A DNA stretch of 41,310 nucleotides from Candidatus Bathyarchaeota archaeon (GTDB lineage Archaea > Thermoproteota > Bathyarchaeia > Bathyarchaeales > SOJC01): assembly GCA_020345645.1 (NCBI GenBank), contig CP070765.1, forward strand, positions 610,440-651,749. The letters run 5' to 3'. Below, in pieces: positions 9,016 to 17,589 of this stretch (its first letter is position 1; each line of letters begins with the position of its first letter). The notes under the pieces are model-generated. The model was not told where the DNA came from, did no database searches, and saw only the letters and a program-made list of their open reading frames with translations. Position numbers and translations under genes: made by a program.

Positions 9016-9534
9016 ATGACTGAGCTCAGAACTCGAACCTTGATTATTGCCGAAGCTGTAGTTTTTGTAGCACTTGCGACTGCATTAAGTTTCGTGAAAT
9101 TATTCAGCCTTCCTCAAGGAGGGTCGGTTACAGCGGCATCAATGATCCCTCTTCTTTGGCTCTCCCTTAGAAGAGGTGCCAAGATCGGGATCTTCGTATG
9201 TGTGGTCTATGGCTTAATTCAGTTGATGGTGGAACCCTTCGTCGTTCATCCAGTACAGTTCCTCTTGGACTATCCGATTGCATTTGGGGCTCTTGGGTTA
9301 GCAGGTCTCTTCCAGAACCGACCCTTTATCGGGATTAACATCGGGATCCTGGGACGGTTCCTCGCCCATTTCGCGTCAGGAGTGATCTTTTTTTCAGAGT
9401 GGGCACCTGAAGGGATGTCGTCATTCGCATACTCAGCCATCTATAATGGAAGCTACTTGCTACCTGAATTAGCCATCAGCATCTACCTCACCTACTTAGT
9501 TGTAGAGACGAAAGCACTAAAGATGTACATGTAA
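9016..9534 (+). CDS. thiT: Thiamine transporter ThiT (ECF-type S component)
   Basis: Strong block similarity to ThiT: LLWLSLRRGAKIG, LLDYPIAFGALGLAGLF, HFASGVIFFSEWA, AYSAIYNG. The product is 172 aa with 6 TM segments and is preceded by a TPP riboswitch. Confidence 0.9.
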   Translation: MTELRTRTLIIAEAVVFVALATALSFVKLFSLPQGGSVTAASMIPLLWLSLRRGAKIGIFVCVVYGLIQLMVEPFVVHPVQFLLDYPIAFGALGLAGLFQNRPFIGINIGILGRFLAHFASGVIFFSEWAPEGMSSFAYSAIYNGSYLLPELAISIYLTYLVVETKALKMYM

Positions 9535-9585
9535 GAACAGGATTTACTAGGACTTCAGACTACCAGCATAGTTGTGCATCGAGAT

Positions 9586-10635
9586 ATGGGCAAACTCCTT
9601 GACGAAGACCTGCGTCGATTACTGAAGACTATAAAGAAACATCCGAAGACGGTAGTCCCTCCTCAACTAGGATTCGACTCAGGCGTCCACGAGCTTGATG
9701 ATAAGCTGCTACTCGTTGTTTCGACCGATCCCTGTGTCAACGTGCCTGAAGCATGGTTCGGTTGGCTGTTAGTGAATTATGCTGCTTCCGACATCGCAGT
9801 CTTTGGTGCCAACCCACAATTCTGTGCAATCACCCTATTGGGTCCATCATCAACGGAGTCAGAGCACTTTGTGAGAATAATGAAACAGGTAGCCGCGGCA
9901 ACTGAGGAGTTGCGGATGGGTATTGTCACAGGGCACACAGGGACCTACAATGGGCTATCTACGATGTTAGGAGTCTGTACAGCGTATGGCATAGTTCCTA
10001 AACATAGATTGATTACTCCAGGAGGAGCCGTGGTTGGTGACCAGATTATCTGTACCAAAAGCATCGGGTTAGAGACCGTGGTGAACTTCACTCTGTCCCA
10101 GCAGGCTGTAGCCAAAAGCTTGTTCGGTCCAGAAAGAACGCGAAAGCTGAGAACAATGGTGGATCAGCAGACGTGTGTCAAAGAGGCGCAACTTCTTAGC
10201 AGTCTTCAAGGAGTGCACGCGATGCATGATGCGACTGAGGGAGGGTTGGTGGCAGCGTTGAATGAGATGGCGGGGAATGCAGGGCTCGGGTTCAGGATAA
10301 ATCTCCAACGATTACCGATATCAGAGGAACTCACAATTCTTCAAAAGCACTTAATGTTATCGGAGACAGAGGTTCTGTCAACCTCTTCTACTGGCACGTT
10401 ATTAGTAGCACTCTCGCCAGAGGAAGCGGGGAATGCACTCCATCGATTGGAGCAAGCAGGGTTAGCAGCAAGGAGTATCGGGGTTTTTACCGAAGACCAA
10501 GATAGGGAGATTTTCGATGAACAACAGCGTAGAGACTTCCCTCACCGAGCCTTAGATCCATATTCAACGATCGTTAAAATCCAATCTAGAGCACTGACGA
10601 TTCCTAGAGAAGCTGGAGAAGAGCAGGAAACATAA
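9586..10635 (+). CDS. AIR-synthase-related protein (PurM/ThiL/HypE superfamily)
   Basis: The N-terminus reads MGKL..DL..LL followed by LLVVSTDPCV, then the GHTG.. block and a C-terminal AIRS_C-like domain (HAMHDATEGGL). It lies 40-50 nt downstream of thiT on the same strand. An alternative GTG start is at 9574. Confidence 0.7.
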   Translation: MGKLLDEDLRRLLKTIKKHPKTVVPPQLGFDSGVHELDDKLLLVVSTDPCVNVPEAWFGWLLVNYAASDIAVFGANPQFCAITLLGPSSTESEHFVRIMKQVAAATEELRMGIVTGHTGTYNGLSTMLGVCTAYGIVPKHRLITPGGAVVGDQIICTKSIGLETVVNFTLSQQAVAKSLFGPERTRKLRTMVDQQTCVKEAQLLSSLQGVHAMHDATEGGLVAALNEMAGNAGLGFRINLQRLPISEELTILQKHLMLSETEVLSTSSTGTLLVALSPEEAGNALHRLEQAGLAARSIGVFTEDQDREIFDEQQRRDFPHRALDPYSTIVKIQSRALTIPREAGEEQET

Positions 10636-11236
10636 AGAGGCCTAGCAGGAGATAGATGAAGAGCATCGCCAAGGTTATCAAAAGGTTCTCGACCCATTTG
10701 CGACTCCAACCGATACCTAACGGGACGCCGATTACGAATCCGATAACATGCGAAATGTAAGCGATGTTCCCTTGATACCCATAGTATACAGCTGCAAGAT
10801 TATAGATGAAGTAGATGATCGCTGCGAGGCCGATTGGCATTAAGAAGAAGAAGGAGAATTTCAACGGTCTCACTAACATGGCGATAGCGGCGAGGGTGAA
10901 TATTGCAGCAGATGCCCCGATCATAAGCACTTCCGGATCGTAGATGAAAGCGCTCACGAGAAACGAAAGCACGCCACCGAGGAAGAACGCGGAGAGCGTC
11001 TTCTCAGCGTTTAAGATGTCCTCAAGCGTGTTGCCGAAGACGTAGAGGAAGATCATGTTTCCGAGGAGATGGAGGGGATCCCCATGAAGAAACAGCCCAG
11101 TGAGGAGAGTCCAAACTTTCCCACGTTGAAGGTTCTCTCCGCTAAAGGCGAGGTGCTCAAGCAAGTCAGGTCTCCAGAACCAATAGAGTAATGATGCCAC
11201 AATACAGAGAAGAATAACGTAGTTGATTCTCTTCAA
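10604..11236 (-). CDS. Rhomboid-family intramembrane serine protease
   Basis: Seen are the HGDPLHLLGNM (HxxxN) block, the catalytic GASAAIF (GxSxxxF) and the H in SHVIGFVIGVPLG. The product is a polytopic 210-aa protein. Confidence 0.85.
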   Translation of the reverse strand: MKRINYVILLCIVASLLYWFWRPDLLEHLAFSGENLQRGKVWTLLTGLFLHGDPLHLLGNMIFLYVFGNTLEDILNAEKTLSAFFLGGVLSFLVSAFIYDPEVLMIGASAAIFTLAAIAMLVRPLKFSFFFLMPIGLAAIIYFIYNLAAVYYGYQGNIAYISHVIGFVIGVPLGIGWSRKWVENLLITLAMLFIYLLLGLFMFPALLQLL

Positions 11237-11343
11237 ATCCGTCGAGAATTCAGATGAGTAGGTGAACTAAAAGACTATCGGAGTCGCAGGTGACAGGGAT
11301 ATAACGAAGAAGTTAAAAACGTGAACCATCACGTTCTACGTCC

Positions 11344-11535
11344 ATGAACTCGATTAAACTGAAGGTGATCGGTACAATCTTATTACTCATCTGCGCTGCA
11401 GTCACCACCATACTGTTTCTCGCGTTCTATCCAACTGGGTTCAACGTATGGCAGAACATAGCGGTCCTCCTCGCCGCTGGCTTCATCACAATAGGTGCGA
11501 TTGTAATCATTTGGATCCGAATGATTCCTTTATGA
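11344..11535 (+). CDS. Small hypothetical membrane protein (2 TM)
   Basis: The 63-aa ORF has two clear hydrophobic helices and sits in its own intergenic slot. No family was recognised. Confidence 0.4.
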   Translation: MNSIKLKVIGTILLLICAAVTTILFLAFYPTGFNVWQNIAVLLAAGFITIGAIVIIWIRMIPL

Positions 11536-11611
11536 TGGTGGTGGCTTCCGTAATGCTATTCGACCCGCTCGAAGGCAGCTAGAGCCGACTCCAATTTGCT
11601 TGGTTTAAACA

Positions 11612-12685
11612 GTGAAGCCCAACCTGATCAGGTTCTGCACCTTCGGGGCGCTAATGGCTTCCTGGACCTACTTGGCGATTTTTGCCAAAGAGCTGGGAAT
11701 ATCTGACACAGAGATCGGAGTAATAGTCGCTTTCAACGCCCTAGCGCTGTTCACTTCATCCTCTATTTTCGGGAGGGCGTCAGACAAGTATGGAAGGAGA
11801 CGGTTTCTACTAGGCGGTTTAGCCCTGTCATCCCTCGCGTTCTTCCTCCAGATCCTTGCGTACGACTTCTTGAGCCTGCTAATCCTCCGTAGCTTCCTCG
11901 GGTTCTCGCTAGGGATCTTCCCAGCTTCACTGATCGCATACGCCAAAGAAAGTAACCAGAGCCTCGCCAAGTTCTCGGCTTTCGGGGCCCTAGGATGGGG
12001 AGTAGGCACGCTTCTCAGTGGACTGATAGCGTTCTACATTGCGGTCAACCAAGTCTTTCTATTCAGTGCATTCCTAGCTTTTCTCGCGTTACTGATAGCT
12101 CTCATGCTGAAATTCGAGAGTCATCAGGCGATCGATGTTCCCAGGTTCCCAGCGGAGGTCGTGAAGAGGAACCTGCCACTCTACTTAGCTGTGCTGGTCC
12201 GGCACACAGGGGCTCACATGATTTGGACGTTCTGGTCGCTTTTCTTGATAGAGCTTGGTGCAGACCTCTTGTGGGTAGGCGTGATTCAAATGATGAATAG
12301 CCTGACGCAGTTTCTGTTCATGTACACGCTCGGAGGACGGATCAAGTACAGCCTGTCAATTGCAGCGGGACTGCTACTCTCAAGTGCCACTTTCCTCACC
12401 TTTACGATTGCCTCGGACTTCTGGCAACTCATTCCAACTCAGATCCTGCTAGGAGTCTCCTGGGCACTTCTATACGTTGGAGGACTCCGCTATCTGATGG
12501 ATAAGAACGTTGAGAAAGCTACCGCAGGAGGACTTCTAGACTCAGTGTTGAACCTGGCGTCGATAATTGGACCTTTTCTTGGAGCGTACGTGGTGGCGTT
12601 TGGAGGTTATCGAAGCACAATGTACTTGGCGTCAATCTTCGCCTTCGCAAGTTTTCTTCTGTTCAAGCTATTCAGAACCGAGTAA
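11612..12685 (+). CDS. MFS transporter
   Basis: The product has about 10-12 TM helices and the MFS loop 2-3 motif GRASDKYGRRR. The start codon is GTG. Confidence 0.8.
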   Translation: MKPNLIRFCTFGALMASWTYLAIFAKELGISDTEIGVIVAFNALALFTSSSIFGRASDKYGRRRFLLGGLALSSLAFFLQILAYDFLSLLILRSFLGFSLGIFPASLIAYAKESNQSLAKFSAFGALGWGVGTLLSGLIAFYIAVNQVFLFSAFLAFLALLIALMLKFESHQAIDVPRFPAEVVKRNLPLYLAVLVRHTGAHMIWTFWSLFLIELGADLLWVGVIQMMNSLTQFLFMYTLGGRIKYSLSIAAGLLLSSATFLTFTIASDFWQLIPTQILLGVSWALLYVGGLRYLMDKNVEKATAGGLLDSVLNLASIIGPFLGAYVVAFGGYRSTMYLASIFAFASFLLFKLFRTE

Positions 12686-12718
12686 TCCACATCATCTTTC
12701 ATCGGATCAAATCAACGC

Positions 12719-13486
12719 TCAACGCTTCTTCTCGATGTTGAAACCGCGCTTCTCGAGTTGCGTGTAGAGATCTGCTGGATCAGGAAACCACTGACCCCAT
12801 TTTCGACAGATGTGTTCGGTCCAACTATAGTCGTCGTAGGTGAACGTTTCCTTTCGGTCTACAGTTAAAGGGATCTTTGCCTGTCGGCTCCGATAGTAGT
12901 CCTGTGCAAGGTATCCTTCATCCATCTGCTGCATTGCATGGTCCACCAACGCCTCCGTCAATTCAGGGTATCTGTCCTCGAAGAGCGTGTATGCTAAAGG
13001 GTATCGAGGTCTCCTCGGTGGGTCTTCGGAAGGATACCCCATCACCAACTGGACAAGGGGGAAGACTCGCTGTGGCAGATTGTACTCTTCCGCAATCTGA
13101 TCAGCCCTGAAGGGAGCGTTGCCCAGAAAGCAACTCCCGAGCCCGAGGCTTCGCCCGGCAACCACCATGTTTTCAGCCATCAAAGCAGCGTCTTGGATTC
13201 CGAAGAAGAGTAACGTCAGATCGTTGGTGACAAGTTTCCATTTCCGTTTGGCCATGATCTTCTCAAATTTGAAGGAGTCTACACAGATAGTGAAAAGGAG
13301 GGGAGCATGCATCGGGTTACGCTTCGCGTTGCGAGAAAGTAAGACACTGTAGTACTGAGAGGCGAAGGGCGCTTGTTGCCCCGCTTGAACAAGCGTGGTT
13401 ATGATCTCGTCTGAAACCGGTTTCTCGATGAATCGCCGAATCGACTTATGGTCGAGGAGAGTCTGTACAACTGAGTTTTCTTTCAT
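12719..13486 (-). CDS. Nitroreductase-family NAD(P)H-flavin oxidoreductase (NfsA-like size)
   Basis: The N-terminus LLDHKSIRRF..PV is the nitroreductase FMN-binding signature. The product is 255 aa. Confidence 0.75.
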   Translation of the reverse strand: MKENSVVQTLLDHKSIRRFIEKPVSDEIITTLVQAGQQAPFASQYYSVLLSRNAKRNPMHAPLLFTICVDSFKFEKIMAKRKWKLVTNDLTLLFFGIQDAALMAENMVVAGRSLGLGSCFLGNAPFRADQIAEEYNLPQRVFPLVQLVMGYPSEDPPRRPRYPLAYTLFEDRYPELTEALVDHAMQQMDEGYLAQDYYRSRQAKIPLTVDRKETFTYDDYSWTEHICRKWGQWFPDPADLYTQLEKRGFNIEKKR

Positions 13487-13597
13487 TACGCTTCACTTCA
13501 CCGTTTCAAGAAAGATCAGATCATCAATTCATCGCTTATTCAATTTTCCCCGAACAGGGGCTTATATCTGAATCAACATAACGCTAGGGAGGATCCC

Positions 13598-14263
13598 TTG
13601 GAGATCGTAAAAGTCTACGAAAGACTGTTGACGGAATTTGGCAGGCAGTTCTGGTGGCCAGCGGAGACTCGATTTGAGATGATGGTTGGGGCAATCTTGA
13701 CCCAACGCACAACGTGGTCTGCAGTGGAGGTGGCGATTAGGAAACTGAAAAGAAAGAAGTTATTGAATCCTCATGCCCTCGCCAATTCGAATCCGCAGCT
13801 TGTCGAAGCGATGGTGCGACAAACAGGCTTCTACAGGCAAAAGGCACGCCGGATTAGGAAATTGGCAAATCACCTTGTTGAAGGATACGGCGGATCCGTT
13901 GACAGATTCCTCAGGAAACCGTGGCAAGAACTTCGGAGCGAATTACGCTCCTTGGAAGGAGTTGGGCGGGAAACGGCAGACGTGATTCTGCTATATGCAG
14001 CGAATCAACTGGTGTTCCCAATCGATGCATACACTCAGCGATTCTCACGTCGCTTCGGACTCGGTGACCTGGATTATGAAGGGTTGAAAGCACATTTCGA
14101 AGAGCAAATGCCAAAAGATCTCCAAGTCTACAAGGAGCTTCACGCCTTAATCGACGAACTCGGAAAGAAATACTGCAAGAAGGCCCCGGAGTGTCCATCC
14201 TGCATTCTCTCGGACACATGTCCAAAGAACCTGACTGACGCCATCCGACCTATCTCTACTTGA
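13598..14263 (+). CDS. Endonuclease III-like HhH-GPD base-excision repair protein with a [4Fe-4S] loop
   Basis: A helix-hairpin-helix (LRSLEGVGRETADVILLYA) is followed by an Asp. The C-terminal cluster motif is CKKAPECPSCILSDTC (C-x6-C-x2-C-x5-C). Confidence 0.8.
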   Translation: MEIVKVYERLLTEFGRQFWWPAETRFEMMVGAILTQRTTWSAVEVAIRKLKRKKLLNPHALANSNPQLVEAMVRQTGFYRQKARRIRKLANHLVEGYGGSVDRFLRKPWQELRSELRSLEGVGRETADVILLYAANQLVFPIDAYTQRFSRRFGLGDLDYEGLKAHFEEQMPKDLQVYKELHALIDELGKKYCKKAPECPSCILSDTCPKNLTDAIRPIST

Positions 14264-15236
14264 CTCGCAGGCTCTCGATGTCAGAGACATCCAGCGATCG
14301 GACGGTGATAGCTCGATTTAAGTCCGTACTTCCATACATCACGGTCGCACGGGGTGCAGTGTTATCGGAGTATCGAAGGGTTAACGCTGCCGCGGTTTCA
14401 ATAGCGGTCCTAGTGCCGGAAGCACCTTGCAGTAGAGTGACTGGACTACCACAGTCTGGAACCTCAAAACACAATTCTTCATCCTTTCGGAGAGCGAGTA
14501 ACCTGTCATTTTCCGCTTCGTCTCTACCTACGATGATCTTCGCGTTCCCAAGTCGAAAATGTCTACCGATTTTCAGGAGGTTAACGTCTCGGAAGTCCAC
14601 ATCGTTCTTCCATTTCAGGAGATCTCGCATTTTAGCGGCGAATTCCTTGACGGTGAGTAGGCAACCTCCCGCGGGGGTAGGGAAGCTGGTGAATCCATAT
14701 GCCTTCGCGAGTTCGAGTTGTCGTCGTCGAGACCTTCCATGGATATCTAGCAGTCGACCTCTATCGATCCATCCTTGTTCTTCAGCTTCCGTAATGGGAA
14801 GTAGCTTGGCGGAAAGGGGACGGAGGATCTGCTGTTCCAGTTCTGTTTCTCGCTCAATGAGTCTTAGGGCCTTCATGGTTTGAGACATCGGTCGTTCACC
14901 GAGCACTTCTCCCGTGAACAGAAAGGAGGCGTCTACTGTAGACGCGATTGCCTTGGCCTTCTTTAAGATGAAGATTCGGCAGTCTATACATGGATTCAAG
15001 TTCTTGCCATAGCCAAACCGAGGATTCTTGATTATATCCAAGTAGTCTTGATCAGCTTCCAAGGTCTCCAGCGGTATGCTAAGATTTTCAGCGGTCTTTA
15101 AGACACCACACTCATCGTTGCTGGAGTGGAAAGGGGATTTGAAATGGAATCCAATGACGTCGATGTTTTGATCTTGAACAAGCCTGATGGCTAACGTGCT
15201 GTCGAGACCTCCTGAAAACAGCGCCAAAGCCTTCAT
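14256..15236 (-). CDS. PP-loop ATP pyrophosphatase, ThiI-like (tRNA sulfurtransferase-type AANH domain without THUMP)
   Basis: The N-terminal PP-loop is ALFSGGLDST. Also present are a GEVLGERPMSQT block and RPL..., as in ThiI adenylation domains. The product is 326 aa. Confidence 0.7.
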   Translation of the reverse strand: MKALALFSGGLDSTLAIRLVQDQNIDVIGFHFKSPFHSSNDECGVLKTAENLSIPLETLEADQDYLDIIKNPRFGYGKNLNPCIDCRIFILKKAKAIASTVDASFLFTGEVLGERPMSQTMKALRLIERETELEQQILRPLSAKLLPITEAEEQGWIDRGRLLDIHGRSRRRQLELAKAYGFTSFPTPAGGCLLTVKEFAAKMRDLLKWKNDVDFRDVNLLKIGRHFRLGNAKIIVGRDEAENDRLLALRKDEELCFEVPDCGSPVTLLQGASGTRTAIETAAALTLRYSDNTAPRATVMYGSTDLNRAITVRSLDVSDIESLRVK

Positions 15237-15526
15237 ACCAGACTCGGTGACTCTACGTGCTCTTATCGATTTCGTAAAAGCAAGCGTTCATTGTTAGTCA
15301 TCGCTGAGAGGTGTTAAGGAGGGATCAGGGAGACTCCTCTCAGCTCAGTAACGCCTTCTCCTTGAGTTCCATGTCCGCAATACCAATATTTGATTCAGGA
15401 AATAAAGGAGTTATGCCGTATTCTGATATATGTAGTTCTAGAGACTACTTATAGAAAGCCAACGTTTCAGCAGAAGAAACTAGCCTTTTACCGAAGCGTA
15501 AGGATCTTCAATGTAAGTGAAGGAGA

Positions 15527-15646
15527 ATGTTTGAGGAGATAGCGACCTCAGGAGCAGGGTTTCTCATCGTCCTGTTCTGGGCATCTCTGCTCTTCATGTT
15601 CGTCTGGGGTGCACTCTGGGTGCGTGCCTATAGGCGTTCAGCTTAG
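15527..15646 (+). CDS. Possible 39-aa single-TM micro-protein (MFEEIATSGAGFLIVLFWASLLFMFVWGALWVRAYRRSA)
   Basis: I translated this by hand; it is too short for the ORF track. It has one clean hydrophobic helix with a positive C-terminus, and AAGGAG lies just upstream of the ATG. There is no other support. Confidence 0.25.
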   Translation: MFEEIATSGAGFLIVLFWASLLFMFVWGALWVRAYRRSA

Positions 15647-15758
15647 CCCAAGAGTTTGATCTGAAGCGTAGAGACCGTCAGCAGGATCGACGACCTAATC
15701 GAGACCTCTTATCAAGTACTAACGTTTTCAACAGAGTGAAATTCTGATCAGCTCAAGC

Positions 15759-15768
15759 TTTAAATTAA
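15759..15768 (+). promoter_or_regulatory. Possible TATA box (TTTAAATTAA) for tRNA-Asp
   Basis: This A/T box is centred about 34 nt upstream of tRNA position 1, consistent with an archaeal promoter plus a short leader. Confidence 0.4.
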
Positions 15769-15796
15769 GGGAATTGAAAAGTTCTTGGCTTGAATT

Positions 15797-15874
15797 GCCC
15801 TGGTAGTATAGTCCGGTCTAGTATAAGCGGCTGTCGCCCGCTCGACCCGGGTTCAAATCCCGGCCAGGGCGCCA
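15797..15874 (+). tRNA. tRNA-Asp (anticodon GUC), genomically encoded CCA
   Basis: I folded the cloverleaf by hand. The acceptor is GCCCTGG/CCAGGGC and the D stem is GTAT/GTAT (with G-U pairs). The anticodon stem is AGCGG/CCGCT with loop CTGTCGC, giving anticodon GTC. The T arm is CCGGG-TTCAAAT-CCCGG, the discriminator is G, and CCA follows. The body is 75 nt with no intron. Confidence 0.93.
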
Positions 15875-15941
15875 TTAAACTCTGTGGATGCAGGTCGAAT
15901 TATATCTAAGATCACATCCATTGAATAGGGTGAGTTGTTCC

Positions 15942-17534
15942 ATGGCTGAGTTTCGTTTGCAGAGTTTCATAGACGTAGCCGATAGAATCCAAGATAAGGC
16001 TTCCAAGGAAGGAAGACTCATCTCGAACCCGTCTGACGAAGAATTAAGGTCAATTGCTGAGAAAGAACCAGGAGTCAAGACGACGGTTTATGGCAGCTTG
16101 GTCGTCGAGAGTGAACCTACGTCCCGAGCTGCGATGTTCACGAAGAACAGTGTAGATTTTAAATTTGGTGAAGACGAACGTCAGTTACTAGTCAAATGTG
16201 AAGAGATCCTGGCAGAAAAACGACTGATTTCAATAGATCGTACTGTCGGCAACAGAGAGAGTAAGACCATAGTTCGGCTGATTATTCCAGACGCCTTTTC
16301 TCACGTCGGCTATGGAGGTAGAAACCTCTTTCTTCCAACGACGGCGAAGAACCCACGACCTAACTACCACATTATATTCTTTGCCGACGACAAATTTGAA
16401 ACCAACAAATCCAAGGTGCTCCCAGAGAAAGACATCACAATACGGCTGGCATTCCTGCCGGATGGCAGAGTTGTTAAAGTCGTCAGAAACAGCAACTACA
16501 TCGGGGAATACAAGAAAGGCGTCTTCGCCGCCGAAGACTGGACCGCGAAGACCACGAGAGGCGGCATCTTTCTCCACGCGGGCTGCCGAGAAGACTACCT
16601 GCAATCGGTTCACGGAGACTACCAGAAGGTCAGAACGTTACTCCTCGCCTTAAGTGCAAATGGCAAAACGACTTTGACCTGTCGCATCCTAGCAAGAAAG
16701 AGAAAGGAACAGTCGTGGCTCGTTCAGGATGATGGAGGAACCCTCATGCCAACTGGTTCATTCCACGGGTTCGAAGCAGGCGGAATCTTCGTCAAAACCG
16801 AAGACGTGACACCTGGCGAACAACGGGAAATATTCTTCGGTTTACTGAAGCCTAACACCTTCATCGAAAATGTCCATGTCACACCGGAGGGTGACCTCGA
16901 CTTCCACGCTTTAGAACGAACGTCAAACGGACGAGCCGTCATCCCACGAAGAGACATCATGCATGCGAGTCCTTACATCGATGTCGACCGAGTTGACAAC
17001 ATGATCCTGATCACGAGAGGCCCCTTAATTCCAGCCCTCTCCAAACTCACTCTTGAACAAGCAGTCGCGTTGATGATTCTAGGACAAGCCATGGAGTCAT
17101 CGGCAGGTGACCCGACCCAAGCTGGATCCATCGCAAGTCAGTTCTTCTACGACCCATTTGTCGCCGGAGACCGAGCAACTCACACGAACCGGTTCTATCA
17201 AACCCTGAAAGGCCTACCCCACATCGAGTACTTCCTACTCAACACAGGCGGAATCGGCGAGGGGCAACGGTACAAGGAAATCACAGTAGAACACACAATG
17301 GCGATCTTGGACTCCCTACTGAGAGGCGGATTGGAGGATTGGATATCTTCTCCCAGCGGGTTTCAAGTTCCAAAAGCTGTCAGACTAGTAGATGACATCT
17401 ACTTCCACCCAGAAAACCTCTATTCAAACGAGGAGTTCGAAGCAAAACAGACGAAATTAAACTACTTTAGGCAGAAAACCATTTCCAAGATCAGCGGTCT
17501 GCTCCTGCCTGAAATCTCCACGGTCTTTGGTTAA
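15942..17534 (+). CDS. pckA: Phosphoenolpyruvate carboxykinase (ATP)-like protein, divergent
   Basis: The layout resembles PckA: a kinase-1a-like loop LALSANGKTTLT (versus GLSGTGKTTLS), a following ..DDGG.. block (versus IGDDEHGW), and a late LLNTGGIGEG block (versus NTGWNG). The start is set at MAEFRL; the ORF is open from 15888. Confidence 0.7.
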   Translation: MAEFRLQSFIDVADRIQDKASKEGRLISNPSDEELRSIAEKEPGVKTTVYGSLVVESEPTSRAAMFTKNSVDFKFGEDERQLLVKCEEILAEKRLISIDRTVGNRESKTIVRLIIPDAFSHVGYGGRNLFLPTTAKNPRPNYHIIFFADDKFETNKSKVLPEKDITIRLAFLPDGRVVKVVRNSNYIGEYKKGVFAAEDWTAKTTRGGIFLHAGCREDYLQSVHGDYQKVRTLLLALSANGKTTLTCRILARKRKEQSWLVQDDGGTLMPTGSFHGFEAGGIFVKTEDVTPGEQREIFFGLLKPNTFIENVHVTPEGDLDFHALERTSNGRAVIPRRDIMHASPYIDVDRVDNMILITRGPLIPALSKLTLEQAVALMILGQAMESSAGDPTQAGSIASQFFYDPFVAGDRATHTNRFYQTLKGLPHIEYFLLNTGGIGEGQRYKEITVEHTMAILDSLLRGGLEDWISSPSGFQVPKAVRLVDDIYFHPENLYSNEEFEAKQTKLNYFRQKTISKISGLLLPEISTVFG

Positions 17535-17589
17535 GACACCTGAAAGGATCTCCGCCAAATCTTAAATCCAGACCAAACCACGATGACTC

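Noticed and set aside
10604-10635. 32-nt convergent overlap between the AIRS-like and rhomboid genes, with similar overlaps at 14256-14263 and 25445-25461
   Set aside because: Short 3'-3' overlaps are common in compact prokaryotic genomes and may also reflect slightly over-extended ORF ends. I saw no additional signal such as a hairpin or repeat that would make them noteworthy.
11536-11611. Possible C/D-box sRNA (AUGAUGG near 11534-11540)
   Set aside because: The C-box-like sequence is imperfect and overlaps the stop of the 63-aa ORF. There is no matching D box (CUGA) or terminal stem at an appropriate distance.
14260-14883. 207-aa ORF on the + strand
   Set aside because: It is antisense to the PP-loop ATPase gene. 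The sequence is Ser/Arg-rich and low-complexity with no domain signature, so it is a shadow ORF.
15797-15874. tRNA-Asp as an integration site for a mobile element or genomic island
   Set aside because: I found no integrase, recombinase or transposase anywhere in the window and no duplicated tRNA 3' fragment nearby. The flanking genes (pckA-like, MFS, PP-loop ATPase) look chromosomal.
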